Shown here piece by piece: positions 9,541 through 19,848 of a stretch of DNA of 64,000 nt; position 1 is the stretch's first letter, and each line of letters starts with the position of its first letter. Made by a program: the position numbers and the translations under genes. Where the stretch lies: assembly GCA_963841735.1 (NCBI GenBank), contig CAWJDT010000001.1:1632001-1696000 (forward strand), read 5' to 3'. A model generated the notes under the pieces. That model saw only the letters and a list, made by a program, of their open reading frames with translations, searched no databases and was not told the origin of the DNA. This DNA comes from an uncultured Actinomycetes bacterium (GTDB taxonomy: Bacteria > Actinomycetota > Thermoleophilia > RBG-16-64-13).

Positions 9541-10772
9541 ATGGAAGACTTGAGCAACAACGGCATTGCCGCTTTGTCGACGGAGCCTGATAGGGCTCTG
9601 GTGACCGCGGCCCGCTGCGCCGACTACGAGCTGGAGGTGGTGCGGGCGGCACTGCGGGAAGTGCTCGCGCCCCTGGGTGGCATGGCCGCCTTCGTCAAGC
9701 CGGGCGAGCGCATCGCTCTCAAGCCCAACCTGCTCATGCCCGCGGACCCCGAGAAGGCCATCGCCACCCACCCCGTGGTGGTGGCGGCGGTCGCGTTGGA
9801 GGTCATGGAGGCTGGGGCCCATCCCGTCGTGGTGGAGAGTCCGGGCATCAGCGTGATGCACGTCAAGTCGGTCATGGAGCGGGTGTTCCGCAAGACCGGC
9901 TACACCGAGATGGCCGAGCGCCACGGGTTCGAGCTCAGCCTCGACATGGAGTACGAGACCGTGTCGTGTCCCGATGCCGTGTTATTCCAAGCGCTTCGAA
10001 GTGATGACCCCCATCCTGCAGGCCGACGGCGTCATCAACCTGGCCAAGTTCAAGACGCACATGTTCATGATCTTCACCGGGGCCACCAAGAACCTGTTCG
10101 GGGTGATCCCCGGGCTCAACAAGGCCTCCTACCACGCCCGGCTGGCCGATCCCCGAGCGCTTCGCCAACATGCTGCTGGACCTCGCCTACTTGGTGCGGC
10201 CCCGGCTGAACATCGTCGACGGAGTGCTGGGTCTGGAGGGCGACGGACCGGGCACGGGCGGACATCCGAGACATCTAGGCGTGCTGCTGGCCGGCGTCGA
10301 TCCGGTGACCGTGGACGTGGCCTGCTGCCGCATCGCCGACATCGACCCTGCCAAGGTGCCGGTGCTGCTGGTGGCCAAGAAGCGGGGCATGTGGAGCGGA
10401 CATCCGGCCGACGTGGAGACCGTGGGGGTCCCGGTGGCCGAGCTGCGGGTGACGGACTTCGTCAGGCCCGAAGGCTACAAGGGGATCGGCGTAGGAGGCA
10501 AGGCCGGGGCTCTCGACGGTCCCATCCGTCTGGTGCTGCGGCGTTTCAATCGCGTGCCGCGTCCCAAGGCGGGCCGCTGCACCGTGTGCGGCGACTGCGA
10601 GCGGGCCTGCCCGGTCAAGGCTATCGCCATCGACAAGGCCGGCAAGGTGGCCCGGGTGGACGACTCCCTCTGCATCCGCTGCTACTGTTGTCACGAGATG
10701 TGCCCCTCGGCAGCCATCGATCTTGAGTTCACCGGCATGGGCCGGGTGATGCACCGGCTGAGGCTGCTGTGA
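9541..10772 (+). CDS. DUF362 domain protein with C-terminal 2x[4Fe-4S] ferredoxin domain (frameshifts ~9985, ~10155)
   Basis: [44 protein letters not shown] and [12 protein letters not shown] across three frames. Confidence 0.88.
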
Positions 10773-11703
10773 TGAGCGCCGGGGCCGGAGAGCACGGCAT
10801 CGGCGCCGCAGCCACGGGCGGCGCGCCGGGCGGCGAGTCGCCGAGCGCGGCACCGCCACGCCGGCCATCCGGCTGGTCGCCCTCGACCTCGACGGCGTGG
10901 TGTGGCGCGGAGAAGAGGTCCTGCCGGGAGTGCGCGAGGCCCTGCAAGGCGTTCTGCGCCGCGGGCTCGACCTGCGCTACGTCAGCAACAACTCCACAGC
11001 TCACCGCTCAACGGTCTCCGACCGGCTGGCCGGTCTGGGACTGCCGGCCGGGACAGAGAGGGTGTTGACGTCGGGGTTCGTCACCGGCAGGTGGCTGCGG
11101 GAGCGGTTGCCCCAAGGGACGCCGGTGTTGGTGGTGGGTGAAGAGGGCTTGGAGCGAGAGCTGCGCGAGGCCGGGCTGGCCCCGCGCCGCGCCGGGGCCG
11201 CCGCGCCGAAGCCCGCGGTGCCCGAGGAGGCGGCGCCGAAGGCCGTCGTGGTGGGCATGGACCGGCAGTTTGACTACGCGGGTCTCGCCGAAGCGCAGGC
11301 CGCTCTTCTCGGAGGGGCGCTCTTCGTGGCCACCAACCGCGATGCCACGTTCCCGACGCCCCGCGGCCTCAAGCCCGGGGCCGGAGCCATCGTGGCCGCG
11401 GTGGCCGCGGCGGCCGAACGGGAGCCGGTGTCGCTGGGTAAGCCCGGCCTCGCCCTGGCCGAGGTGTTGGCGGCCGTGACCGGCGTTTCACCGGCTGAGA
11501 CGCTGTTCGTGGGCGACAGGCTTAGCACCGACATCGGCATGGGCAGAGCGGCCGGGATGGTCACCGTTCTGGTCCTCACCGGGGTGACCAGCCAGGAGGA
11601 CCTGGAGGCCGCGCGCATGGCGGGCTCCGACGAGCTGCTGCCCGATCATATTCTTGCCGGGTTGGCGGAGCTGTCCGGGCTGCTCGATCGCTTGGGCGGC
11701 TAA
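10772..11703 (+). CDS. HAD-IIA family hydrolase (NagD-like); frameshift in the N-terminal extension
   Basis: LDLDGVVWRG, SNNS, ATNRD, GKP, VGDRLSTDI, VLTGV. Confidence 0.9.
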
Positions 11704-11799
11704 GGTCGGCGGTGCTCTCGGGCCCGGCCTGTCGCTTCAGCTTTCGTGCAATCGAGACCCTGACCGGGGCCTGTGACAGGCGCCCCTGACCGGCGGTTA

Positions 11800-11828
11800 T
11801 TGACACGCATTAGTCGCTACGATAGTAT
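11800..11828 (+). promoter_or_regulatory. Sigma-70-type promoter of the Rrf2-metY-cysK cluster
   Basis: TTGACA (11800-11805), 17 nt, TAGTAT (11823-11828). Confidence 0.7.
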
Positions 11829-11881
11829 CCCTATCGGGTTAGTGTACTTAGCAGTGCGTGGACGCCTGGGAGCAGAGGCTA

Positions 11882-12344
11882 GTGGTTCTTTCGCAGAAAG
11901 CGCAATACGCCGTGAGAGCGTCGTTCGAACTCGCCAAGCGGTACGGCTCCGGGCCGGTGAAGGCCGTCGAGCATCGCGGAGTCGCAGTGCATCCCCAGTC
12001 GCTTCTTGGAGAACATCTTGGGACAATTGCGTCAGGCGGGCGTGGTTGAGTCGGCGCGGGGCAAGGAGGGCGGCTATCGCTTGGCTCGGCCTCCGCGACA
12101 GGTCTTGGTGGGCGAGGTCATCCGCCTCATCCAGGGGCCGCTCACGGTGGTGGACTGTATCGGCGCGGGCGAGGGGAGTGACTCCGGCCGTGAGTGCGCG
12201 CTGCGGCCTGGCTGCGTGCTTCTGCCCATGTGGGACAGGGCCCATCGGGCCATGATGGATGTGTTCGACGAGACGAGTCTTGAAGACTTGGTGGAACAGG
12301 AACGAGCGGCAAATGGACTTGAAGTCATCGACTATGCCATCTGA
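11882..12344 (+). CDS. Rrf2 family regulator (CymR/IscR-like), frameshifted ~11965-12000
   Basis: LSQKAQYAVRA ... LENILGQLRQAGVVESARGKEGGYRLARPP; three Cys in the C-terminal half; precedes sulfur genes. Confidence 0.88.
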
Positions 12345-12445
12345 ACCACGGGCGCAGCGAATGCTCGGGCGCCTGGCGGCGCGAAGCCACCCCAGGCGCA
12401 GTCCGGCTCGTCCCCAGTCGTGCTCCAACTGAGAGAGGCATTCCC

Positions 12446-13778
12446 ATGACAGACTTCGATTTCGAGAACTACGGCCCCGACACCCTGGCGCTGCACGCCG
12501 GTCATACGCCCGACCAGGACACGCTTGTCGCGCGCGGTGCCCATATACCAGACAAGCAGCTACGTGTTCCGCGACTCCGAACACGCCGCCAACCTTTTCG
12601 CCCTGAAAGAGTTCGGCAACATCTACACCCGGCTCACCAACCCCACCACCGAGGTGCTCGAGAAGCGGTTGGCCGCGCTGCACGGCGCGGCCGGGGCGGT
12701 GGCGACGGCGTCGGGGGCGGCGGCCATCTTCTATGCCATCGCCGCCATCACCTCGACGGGGCAGAACTTCGTCACCGGCGACAAGCTCTACGGCGGCACC
12801 TACACGCAGTTCACTGGGCCGCTGAAGCGCTTCGGCATCGAGGCGCGGTTCGTGGATTCGAGCGACCCGGCCAACTTCGAAAGGGCGATCGACGAGAACA
12901 CCCGTCTGCTCTATACCGAGTCGGTTGGTAATCCCAAGGGCAACGTGGACGATCTGGAGGTCATCGCCGAGATCGCGCACAAGCACAAGCTGCCGCTCGT
13001 AGTGGACAACACGGTCACGCCGCCGCCGCTATTCGACCCTTTTGAGCACGGGATCGACATCGCGGTGTATTCGCTCACCAAGATGATCGGTGGTCACGGC
13101 ACCTCCATCGGGGGAGCGGTGGTGGACAAGGGCGACTTCGACTGGAAGGGCGCCGGCAGATATCCAGAGATAACAGAACCAGATCTTGCCTACCATGGGG
13201 TGAACTTCTGGGATGCGTTCGGTAGTCACGACAAGGCGGTCGCTCCGGGACTGGCGTATGTACTCAAGATCCGCACCGGGCTGCTACGCGACCTGGGGGC
13301 GTGCCTGTCGCCGTTCAATTCGTGGCTGTTCATCCAGGGAGTGGAGACGCTGCCCCTGCGGGCGCGCACCCACGCCGCGAATGCGCAGGCGGTGGCTCAG
13401 TTCTTGACCGACCACTCGGTGGTGACTTCGGTGGACTATGCCGGATTGCCCGGGCATCCCGATTTCGACCGGGCTCGTCGCTACTTCCCCCTGGGGCCTG
13501 GCGCGGTCTTCGGCTTTGAGATCAAGGGCGGCCTGGAAGCGGGCAAGAAGCTCATTGATTCGGTGAAGCTGGCCTCGCACGTGGCCAACATCCTCGACGC
13601 CAAGACCTTGGTCATTCATCCGGCCAGCACCACCCACCAGCAGCTCACCGCCGAGGAGCAGCTCAAGGCGGGGGTTACGCCCGGCCTAATCAGGGTATCG
13701 GTGGGCATCGAAGACCTGCACGACATCATCGCCGACCTCGACCAGGCGCTGCGGGCGTCGCAGGGCGCGGCCTCCTAG
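12446..13778 (+). CDS. metY: O-acetylhomoserine sulfhydrylase (frameshift ~12525)
   Basis: [54 protein letters not shown]. Confidence 0.92.
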
Positions 13779-13836
13779 GGGCCGGTCGGTGGCGGCTCGG
13801 GGCGGCCCGGGCCCAAGCACAGCAAAGGAGCGCATC

Positions 13837-14791
13837 GTGGCCACCATATACGACGACAACTCCCTCTCTATAGGGCACACGCCGCTGGTGCGGTTGAACC
13901 GTGTGGTCGGCAAGACCCAGGCCCGGGTCCTGGCCAAGATCGAGGGGCGCAACCCGGCGTACTCGGTGAAATGCCGCATAGGGGCGTCCATGATCTGGGA
14001 CGCGGAGAAGAAGGGGCTGATCAAGCCTCACACCGAGATCATCGAGCCCACCAGCGGCAATACCGGTATCGCTCTGGCCTATGTCTGCGCGGCCCGGGGC
14101 TACAAGCTCACGCTGACCATGCCCGAGACCATGAGCATGGAGCGACGCAAGGTGCTGGCCTTCTTCGGTGCCAACCTTCTGTTGACTCCCGGCGCCGAGG
14201 GCATGAAGGGCGCGATCCGAACGGCGGAGGAACTCGTGGCCAACGACCCCGAGCACTACTTTCTGCCGCAGCAGTTCAACAACCCGGCCAACCCAGCCAT
14301 CCACGAGAAGTACTACCGGTCCGGAGATCTGGACCGACACCGACGGTCAGGTGTATGCGTTGGTGGCCGGTGTGGGCACGGGCGGCACCATATCGGGCAT
14401 CTCCCGCTTCTTCGAGACCGTCAAGGGGCAGCCGCTTCAGTCGGTCGCGGTGGAGCCCGCCGCCAGTCCGGTGATCGGCCAGGCGCTGGCGGGAGAGGAG
14501 ATCAGGCCGGGGCCGCACAAGATCCAAGGCATCGGCGCTGGTTTCATCCCCGAGAACCTCGACCTGTCGCTCATCGACCGGGTGGAAGCGGTGGAGAATG
14601 ACGAGGCTGTGGATATGGCTCGGCGCCTGGCTCGGGAAGAGGGCATCTTGTGTGGCATATCGAGCGGAGCGGCAGCGGCCGCGGCCGTACGACTGGCCCA
14701 AGAGCCGGAGTTCACGGGTAGGACCATTGTGGTCATCTTGCCCGACGCCGGCGAACGCTACCTGTCGACCGCGCTGTTCGGGAAGAACTGA
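13837..14791 (+). CDS. cysK: Cysteine synthase A (frameshift ~14312)
   Basis: [55 protein letters not shown]; AAGGAG RBS. Confidence 0.93.
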
Positions 14792-14817
14792 GGGCCTCAG
14801 CAGCGCAGCGGGGTGTG

Positions 14818-15841
14818 ATGATGGAGAAGCCAGACAGATACTCGCGGCAGACCATCTTCCCGGGTATCGGGCCGGAGGGGCAAAAGCGGCTGGGAGAAGG
14901 CTTCGCAGTGGTGGTGGGCTGCGGGGCGCTCGGTTCGGTGAGCGCCAGCGCGCTGGTGCGGGCCGGGGTAGGCCGGGTGCGGGTGATCGACCGGGACTTC
15001 ATCGAGCAGCACAACCTGCAGCGGCAACTACTCTATACCGAGCAGGACATCGCGGACAATCTGCCCAAGGCTGGTGGCGGCCGAGCGGCACCTGCGCGCG
15101 GCTAACTCGGACGTGGAGGTGGAGGGAGTCGTCGCCGACTTCGACCAGGTCAACGCCGAAAAGCTGGTGACCGGCGCCGGCGTCATCGTCGACGGGCTGG
15201 ACAACTTCGACGACGCGCTTTCTGCTCAACGACGTGGCGCTCAAACTGGGGATCCCTGGGTGTACGGAGGGGCCATCCAGGCGAGCGGCATGACCGCCAC
15301 TTTCCTCCCGGGCGGGAAGCCCTGCTTCCGCTGCCTGGTGGGTTCGCCCGCGCGTCCGCGGGAGTCTCACCTGCGACACCGCAGGGGTGGTCAATGCAGC
15401 CCCCTGGGCCGTCGGTTCCCTGCAAGCGGCGGAGGCTCTCAAGATCTTGGCGGGCACGGCGCCGCCGTCTCGTGACTTGGTGGTGGTGGATCTGTGGAGT
15501 CGGTCCTTTGAGTCGCTGCCCTTGCCGACTTCACCGCGCCGACTGCCCGGCCTGCGGCGGGACGTACGAGTTTCTCGAGGGCAGGCCCGTAACACGCGCT
15601 TCACCAGCCTGTGCGGACAGGACGCCGTGCAGGTTTGGGACCCCACCTCCACGGGGTGTCGCTGGCGCAGCTCAAGGCGCGGCTGAGCGCGTTGGCACCG
15701 GTGGAAGGCGGCGAGCAGATGCTCCGTTTCCCGGTGGGGGAGCAGGAGTTGGTGGTTTTTGCCGACGGCCGCACCATCGTGCGGGGCACCCGCGACGAGA
15801 AGGTGGCCCGGGCGCTCTACGCCCAGTATCTGGGGATGTAG
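14818..15841 (+). CDS. ThiF/MoeB family adenylyltransferase (several frameshifts)
   Basis: [17 protein letters not shown]...[32 protein letters not shown] distributed over frames. Confidence 0.88.
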
Positions 15842-16049
15842 CGGGGCCGCACCGCAGGGCGTTGCGTGCCGCGCCGGCCACGGCCGCCGGGCGCCTGCCG
15901 CTTCCAGCGCGCCACCCCCGGCAGGGGCCGGAGTGGGGCGCCGGCCTGACCATCGTGGTAAGATGGGCCGCATGTTGACACCGACGGTGGCGCGAGACAC
16001 CAAAGGCGGCTATCAAGACCTCGGCTGAGGTTTTCTCAGGCAGCCGCGC

Positions 16050-16077
16050 TAATCACACCATCCCCATTTGCCGATAT
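16050..16077 (+). promoter_or_regulatory. Sigma-28 (FliA/SigD/WhiG)-like promoter
   Basis: TAAT-N16-GCCGATAT versus consensus TAAA-N15/16-GCCGATAA/T. Confidence 0.55.
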
Positions 16078-16154
16078 TGTTCATATGTCGCGGTCTGTCT
16101 CTGGTTGCCCAAAGGGGCTTGAGACAGAGCGAAGGCCTGAACCAGGAGGGCATC

Positions 16155-17796
16155 ATGGCCATGGCTACAGCGCGATCCTCACGTGACTACCGAGTCCCCA
16201 CCCTTTCGATTCTGCTTGCCCTTGTAGGCGCACTGTTCCTGCTCTTGGGAGCGGCCGTGGGCGGCGGCCAAGCTCTGGCGACGACCGCGGAGGCGGGCGG
16301 CCTGGATACCGGCAGCGGCGTTGTGGAGTCCTCAAACGCCGGGGCGGTCGATCCGTACGCCCCGACCGTGGGCATACTCTTCCCCATGGAAGGGCGCATC
16401 GTCTGGACCGACACCTTTGGGGCCCCCCGGGCGGGCCACACTCATGCCGGCAACGACCTGTTGGCGCCGAAGATGACGCCGCTGTTGGCTGTGGTCGACG
16501 GTGAGGTCGACTGGCTCGATCCGGACGGATCGTCAAGCTACAGCCTTCTTCTGCGGGGCGACGACGGCAACGATTACTTCTACATCCATATCAACAACGA
16601 CACGCCCGGCACCGACGACGGGCTGGGCGGGGTCAAGTACGCCTATGCCCCCGGGCTCTATGATGGCAAGCACGTGGAACGAGGTGAGTTGATCGCCTAC
16701 GTGGGTGACAGCGGCAATGCCGAGAGTACCGTTCCTCACCTCCATTTCGAGATCCACTACGGCGGCTACAAGAACCCCATCGATCCCTACAGCAGCCTGA
16801 TGGCTGCTCCCACACTGGCCGAGTGGATAGCCGACGGCAGGCCCGACCTGACCACAGACGTAACTCCGCGCGCGCCCGCGGCCTCTTTCGTTTCGCTGCG
16901 TGGCACCGACCGCTTTGACACAGCCGTCAGGATCTCGCGTGACATGTTCTCCAGTGCCCTGCCGGCCGGTTCGGGTCTGGTGCTTGCTCCGGGCGAGACT
17001 TTCCCTGAGGCGCTGTGCGGTGCGCCGCTGGCCGCCGCATACGGCGGCCCGGTGCTCCTTACGCCGGTGAGTGGACTCAGGAGCACGGTGTGCGACGAGA
17101 TCGTGCGGCTGGCTCCTGAGCATGTCGTCTGCATCGGGCTGTCCGAGGCCATCGCGGCAGCGGTGCAGGCCGCGCTGCCTGGGGCGTCCGTGACCACCAT
17201 CCGCGGCGATGGGGGGAACGTCTACGACATGAGCTACAAGGTGGCCATAGCCCTTGGCCAGAAGGTCGGTGACCTGAGCGGCGCCACTGCCGTCAGTCAC
17301 CCGAGGCGACCTATTCCCGGATGCCATCGGGGTCTCTCCGTTGGTGTGCGCCCAGAAGTGGCCGGTGTTGCTGACAAAGGGGCCGGCCGGCAGTCTGAAC
17401 CCCAGCGCGGTAGCGGCTCTGACCGAACTCGGCATTTCCAAGGCCATCAAGGTGGGCACGTACGTCACCCTGCCGGCAGGCGTGGTCGGACTGGCGAATC
17501 TTTCTGGTGACAACCGCTACTACACCAACCGCAACGTGGCCTTGTGGGCCATGAACAACGCGGGTCTGACCTTCGCCCATCTGGGCATAACCACCGGGGA
17601 CAAGTTCCCCGATGCTTTGGCAGCCGGGCCCTATTTGGCCCTTGACCGCGGCATCCTTCTCCTGAGCCCGCTGAAGGGACCATTGCCTTCGTTCATCGGC
17701 GCGGAGATCGCCGGCAACGGCGCGGCGGTGAAGCGGGTGTCGTTCATCGCCATGATCGAGCCGGTGATGGGGCAGGTCAAAGCGCGTCTGCCGTAG
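16155..17796 (+). CDS. Secreted M23 peptidase with cell wall-binding repeat 2 (CWB2) domains (frameshift ~17295)
   Basis: Signal peptide; HAGND and HLHFE zinc motifs; GTDRFDTA, FPEAL..PVLLT, FPDAI, FPDAL repeats; CAGGAGG RBS. Confidence 0.88.
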
Positions 17797-18808
17797 GCGT
17801 GACCGAGTTCCGGCCGGTGCCCAGGTAGCTTGCGAGCCCGTCGTGCACGGCGGTTGCGTTGAACTCTGGGAAGCGCTCGGCCAACGCTTCTCTGTCTATC
17901 GCCGAGACCGCGCCGCCCTGGCTGACAAAAGCCACCGCTGCTGGAGTAAGCTTTCTGCCCGGCAGGCGCTGCAGGAAGGCTCCCTGGATCTTGCCTACGG
18001 GCATAGGTATGTGGAGTATTCGTCTTCTGCGCCCCATGGTTCTGAGGGCCAGCAGCAAGAACTCATTGAGGGTCACTGTGTCCGGGCCGCCGAGGCCGAA
18101 CGTCGTGTCGCGAGTTCTGTCCGGGTGGGCGGCTAACAGGGTGAACAGCCGGCCGATGTCTTCCACAAAGAGCGGAGTGAGCGGTTCTTCCCCCCGTCCA
18201 AAGATGGGCACGAAGGGAAGGTGGTCGGAGTAGCCGATGATGCGGTTTAGGGCCGTGTCATGCGGGCCGTATACCCAGCAGCTGCGGACTATGGTCCACT
18301 CCAGCCCGCTCCCGCGGATGGCTTCCTCGGCCTGCCATTTGGCTCGGTTCCAGGCCTCTGGAGCCTGCGCCGATACACTGATGCCGCTTATGTACAGGAA
18401 GCGGGGGGAGCCTGCAGGGAAGCGGGTCGGTGTCTGCGGCGAGGTGGGAACCCCGTAGGTCTTGGTGATGGCTTCGACGAGGTTTACCGTGCCGTCGCGG
18501 TCTACCACCTCATATGTCAGGCCGCGGGCGGGGTCTTCCACCGGAGCGCCGGTAAATTGAGCGGCTTGGATCACCGCATCGACTCCCTTCACCGCCTCTA
18601 GGAGGGTCGCGGGCTTGGTTACGTCAGCCTCGGCGAAAGTCAGCCGCCCATCGGCTAGGGCCCGCCGCCCTACCTCCTCGGCCGCGAATCTGGCTATGGT
18701 TCGGCCTGTCGATCGGCTGAGGGTTCGCACGCTGAGCCCGGCATTCAGCAGGTGGCGGGTAATGGTTCCGCCTAGGAATCCTGTGGCTCCCGATACGAGT
18801 ATGGTCAT
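17777..18808 (-). CDS. NAD(P)-binding epimerase/dehydratase (NDUFA9-like)
   Basis: ILVSGATGFLGG, KWQAEE, WTIVR...VYGP, PLFVED, LGGPD. Confidence 0.88.
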   Translation of the reverse strand: MTILVSGATGFLGGTITRHLLNAGLSVRTLSRSTGRTIARFAAEEVGRRALADGRLTFAEADVTKPATLLEAVKGVDAVIQAAQFTGAPVEDPARGLTYEVVDRDGTVNLVEAITKTYGVPTSPQTPTRFPAGSPRFLYISGISVSAQAPEAWNRAKWQAEEAIRGSGLEWTIVRSCWVYGPHDTALNRIIGYSDHLPFVPIFGRGEEPLTPLFVEDIGRLFTLLAAHPDRTRDTTFGLGGPDTVTLNEFLLLALRTMGRRRRILHIPMPVGKIQGAFLQRLPGRKLTPAAVAFVSQGGAVSAIDREALAERFPEFNATAVHDGLASYLGTGRNSVTPTADAL

Positions 18809-18973
18809 ATCGACCTCGCCTTGTGGCGGGTTCCGTGCCCGGGTTCTTCCGGTCGCAAATGGGCCCGGGGAACGCTCATTCGCCTATGGTAGCAGGCGCG
18901 TCAACAGGGTCCCCTTCCCGGCATGACGGGCCGGCGTGGTGTCTAAGATGAGACTGCTTGCGGCGCCTAGGGA

Positions 18974-19657
18974 CTACCCCGCACCTGCTGCCGCGATCTG
19001 TTCGATCGACCGGCCGGAGAGCACCGAGTCGGGAGCATCGTTCACCACGTTAACCTCCGGCCGGGCCGCCGGGTCGCGGTGTTTGAAGAGCAACCAGTTC
19101 TTGTCTCCCCGGCCTTTCATCCGCACCAGGCCCCAACTGCCGCTGAGTTTGTGGCCGTGTAGGATGAACTTCAGGTCACCGGCGGCCAAAGCTGCCTCGG
19201 AGTCGGCCGGACCGCCATTCTCGGCGGACTCTGCCCAGGACACATCGGGCTCCCACCAGCCAAAATCCCATAGGAGTACGGTGCCGGCCCCGTATTCCCC
19301 CTGGGGGATGGTGCCTTCGAAGACGGCGTACTCCAACGGATGGTCCTCTGTGCGGATGGCCAGCCGTTTGTCGGCCGGATCAAGCGAGGGCCCCTTAGGA
19401 ACGGCCCAAGATTTGAGCACTCCTCCAAGTTCCAGCCTGAGGTCGTAGTGCAGGCTGTTGGCCGCGTGCTTCTGCACCACGAACACTGGGTGCGCGTCCG
19501 GCGCCTCACAGCCGGGTGTCACACCGGCGGGTGCCTCGCTCTTGGCAGGTGGTTCCTCACCGGCCGGCTCAGCCGTGCGTGCGAAATCGCGGCGTCGTCG
19601 ATATTCGGTGAGGGCTTCGGCGGCGCTCATTTTGGTCTCTAGACCGGCCTGGTTCAT
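18974..19657 (-). CDS. Stand-alone LigD 3'-phosphoesterase domain protein
   Basis: EYRRRRDF..T.EP, FVVQKHAANSLHYDLRLE, SWAVPKGPS, TEDHPLEY, YGAGTV; AGGAGG RBS. Confidence 0.92.
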   Translation of the reverse strand: MNQAGLETKMSAAEALTEYRRRRDFARTAEPAGEEPPAKSEAPAGVTPGCEAPDAHPVFVVQKHAANSLHYDLRLELGGVLKSWAVPKGPSLDPADKRLAIRTEDHPLEYAVFEGTIPQGEYGAGTVLLWDFGWWEPDVSWAESAENGGPADSEAALAAGDLKFILHGHKLSGSWGLVRMKGRGDKNWLLFKHRDPAARPEVNVVNDAPDSVLSGRSIEQIAAAGAG

Positions 19658-19848
19658 GTAGGGGGCCTCCTGTGGGCGGGTCTTCACCGCCGTATGACTG
19701 CACTGCAATCATCCCCCAAAGGGCGGACGGGTATGCATCAAGTCGTTTCCTGCTAGTGACTTGTCGAGCCAGCCGTCATATACTCGAAGCACTCGAAGAT
19801 GAACGTAGTCACACAAATCGCTGGGAGGCAGTCATCGACGCTGATCCT

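Noticed and set aside
12345-12445. SAM riboswitch before metY
   Set aside because: Only a simple gcgcctgg/ccaggcgc hairpin; SAM-I/IV core motifs are absent.
16080-16150. c-di-GMP-I or c-di-AMP riboswitch before the M23 gene
   Set aside because: Lacks GGCAAA...GACGCAAAG and the ydaO core motifs.
9541-17796. Programmed frameshifting or phase variation in split genes
   Set aside because: No consistent slippery sites or long homopolymers; breaks are spatially clustered and hit unrelated housekeeping genes.
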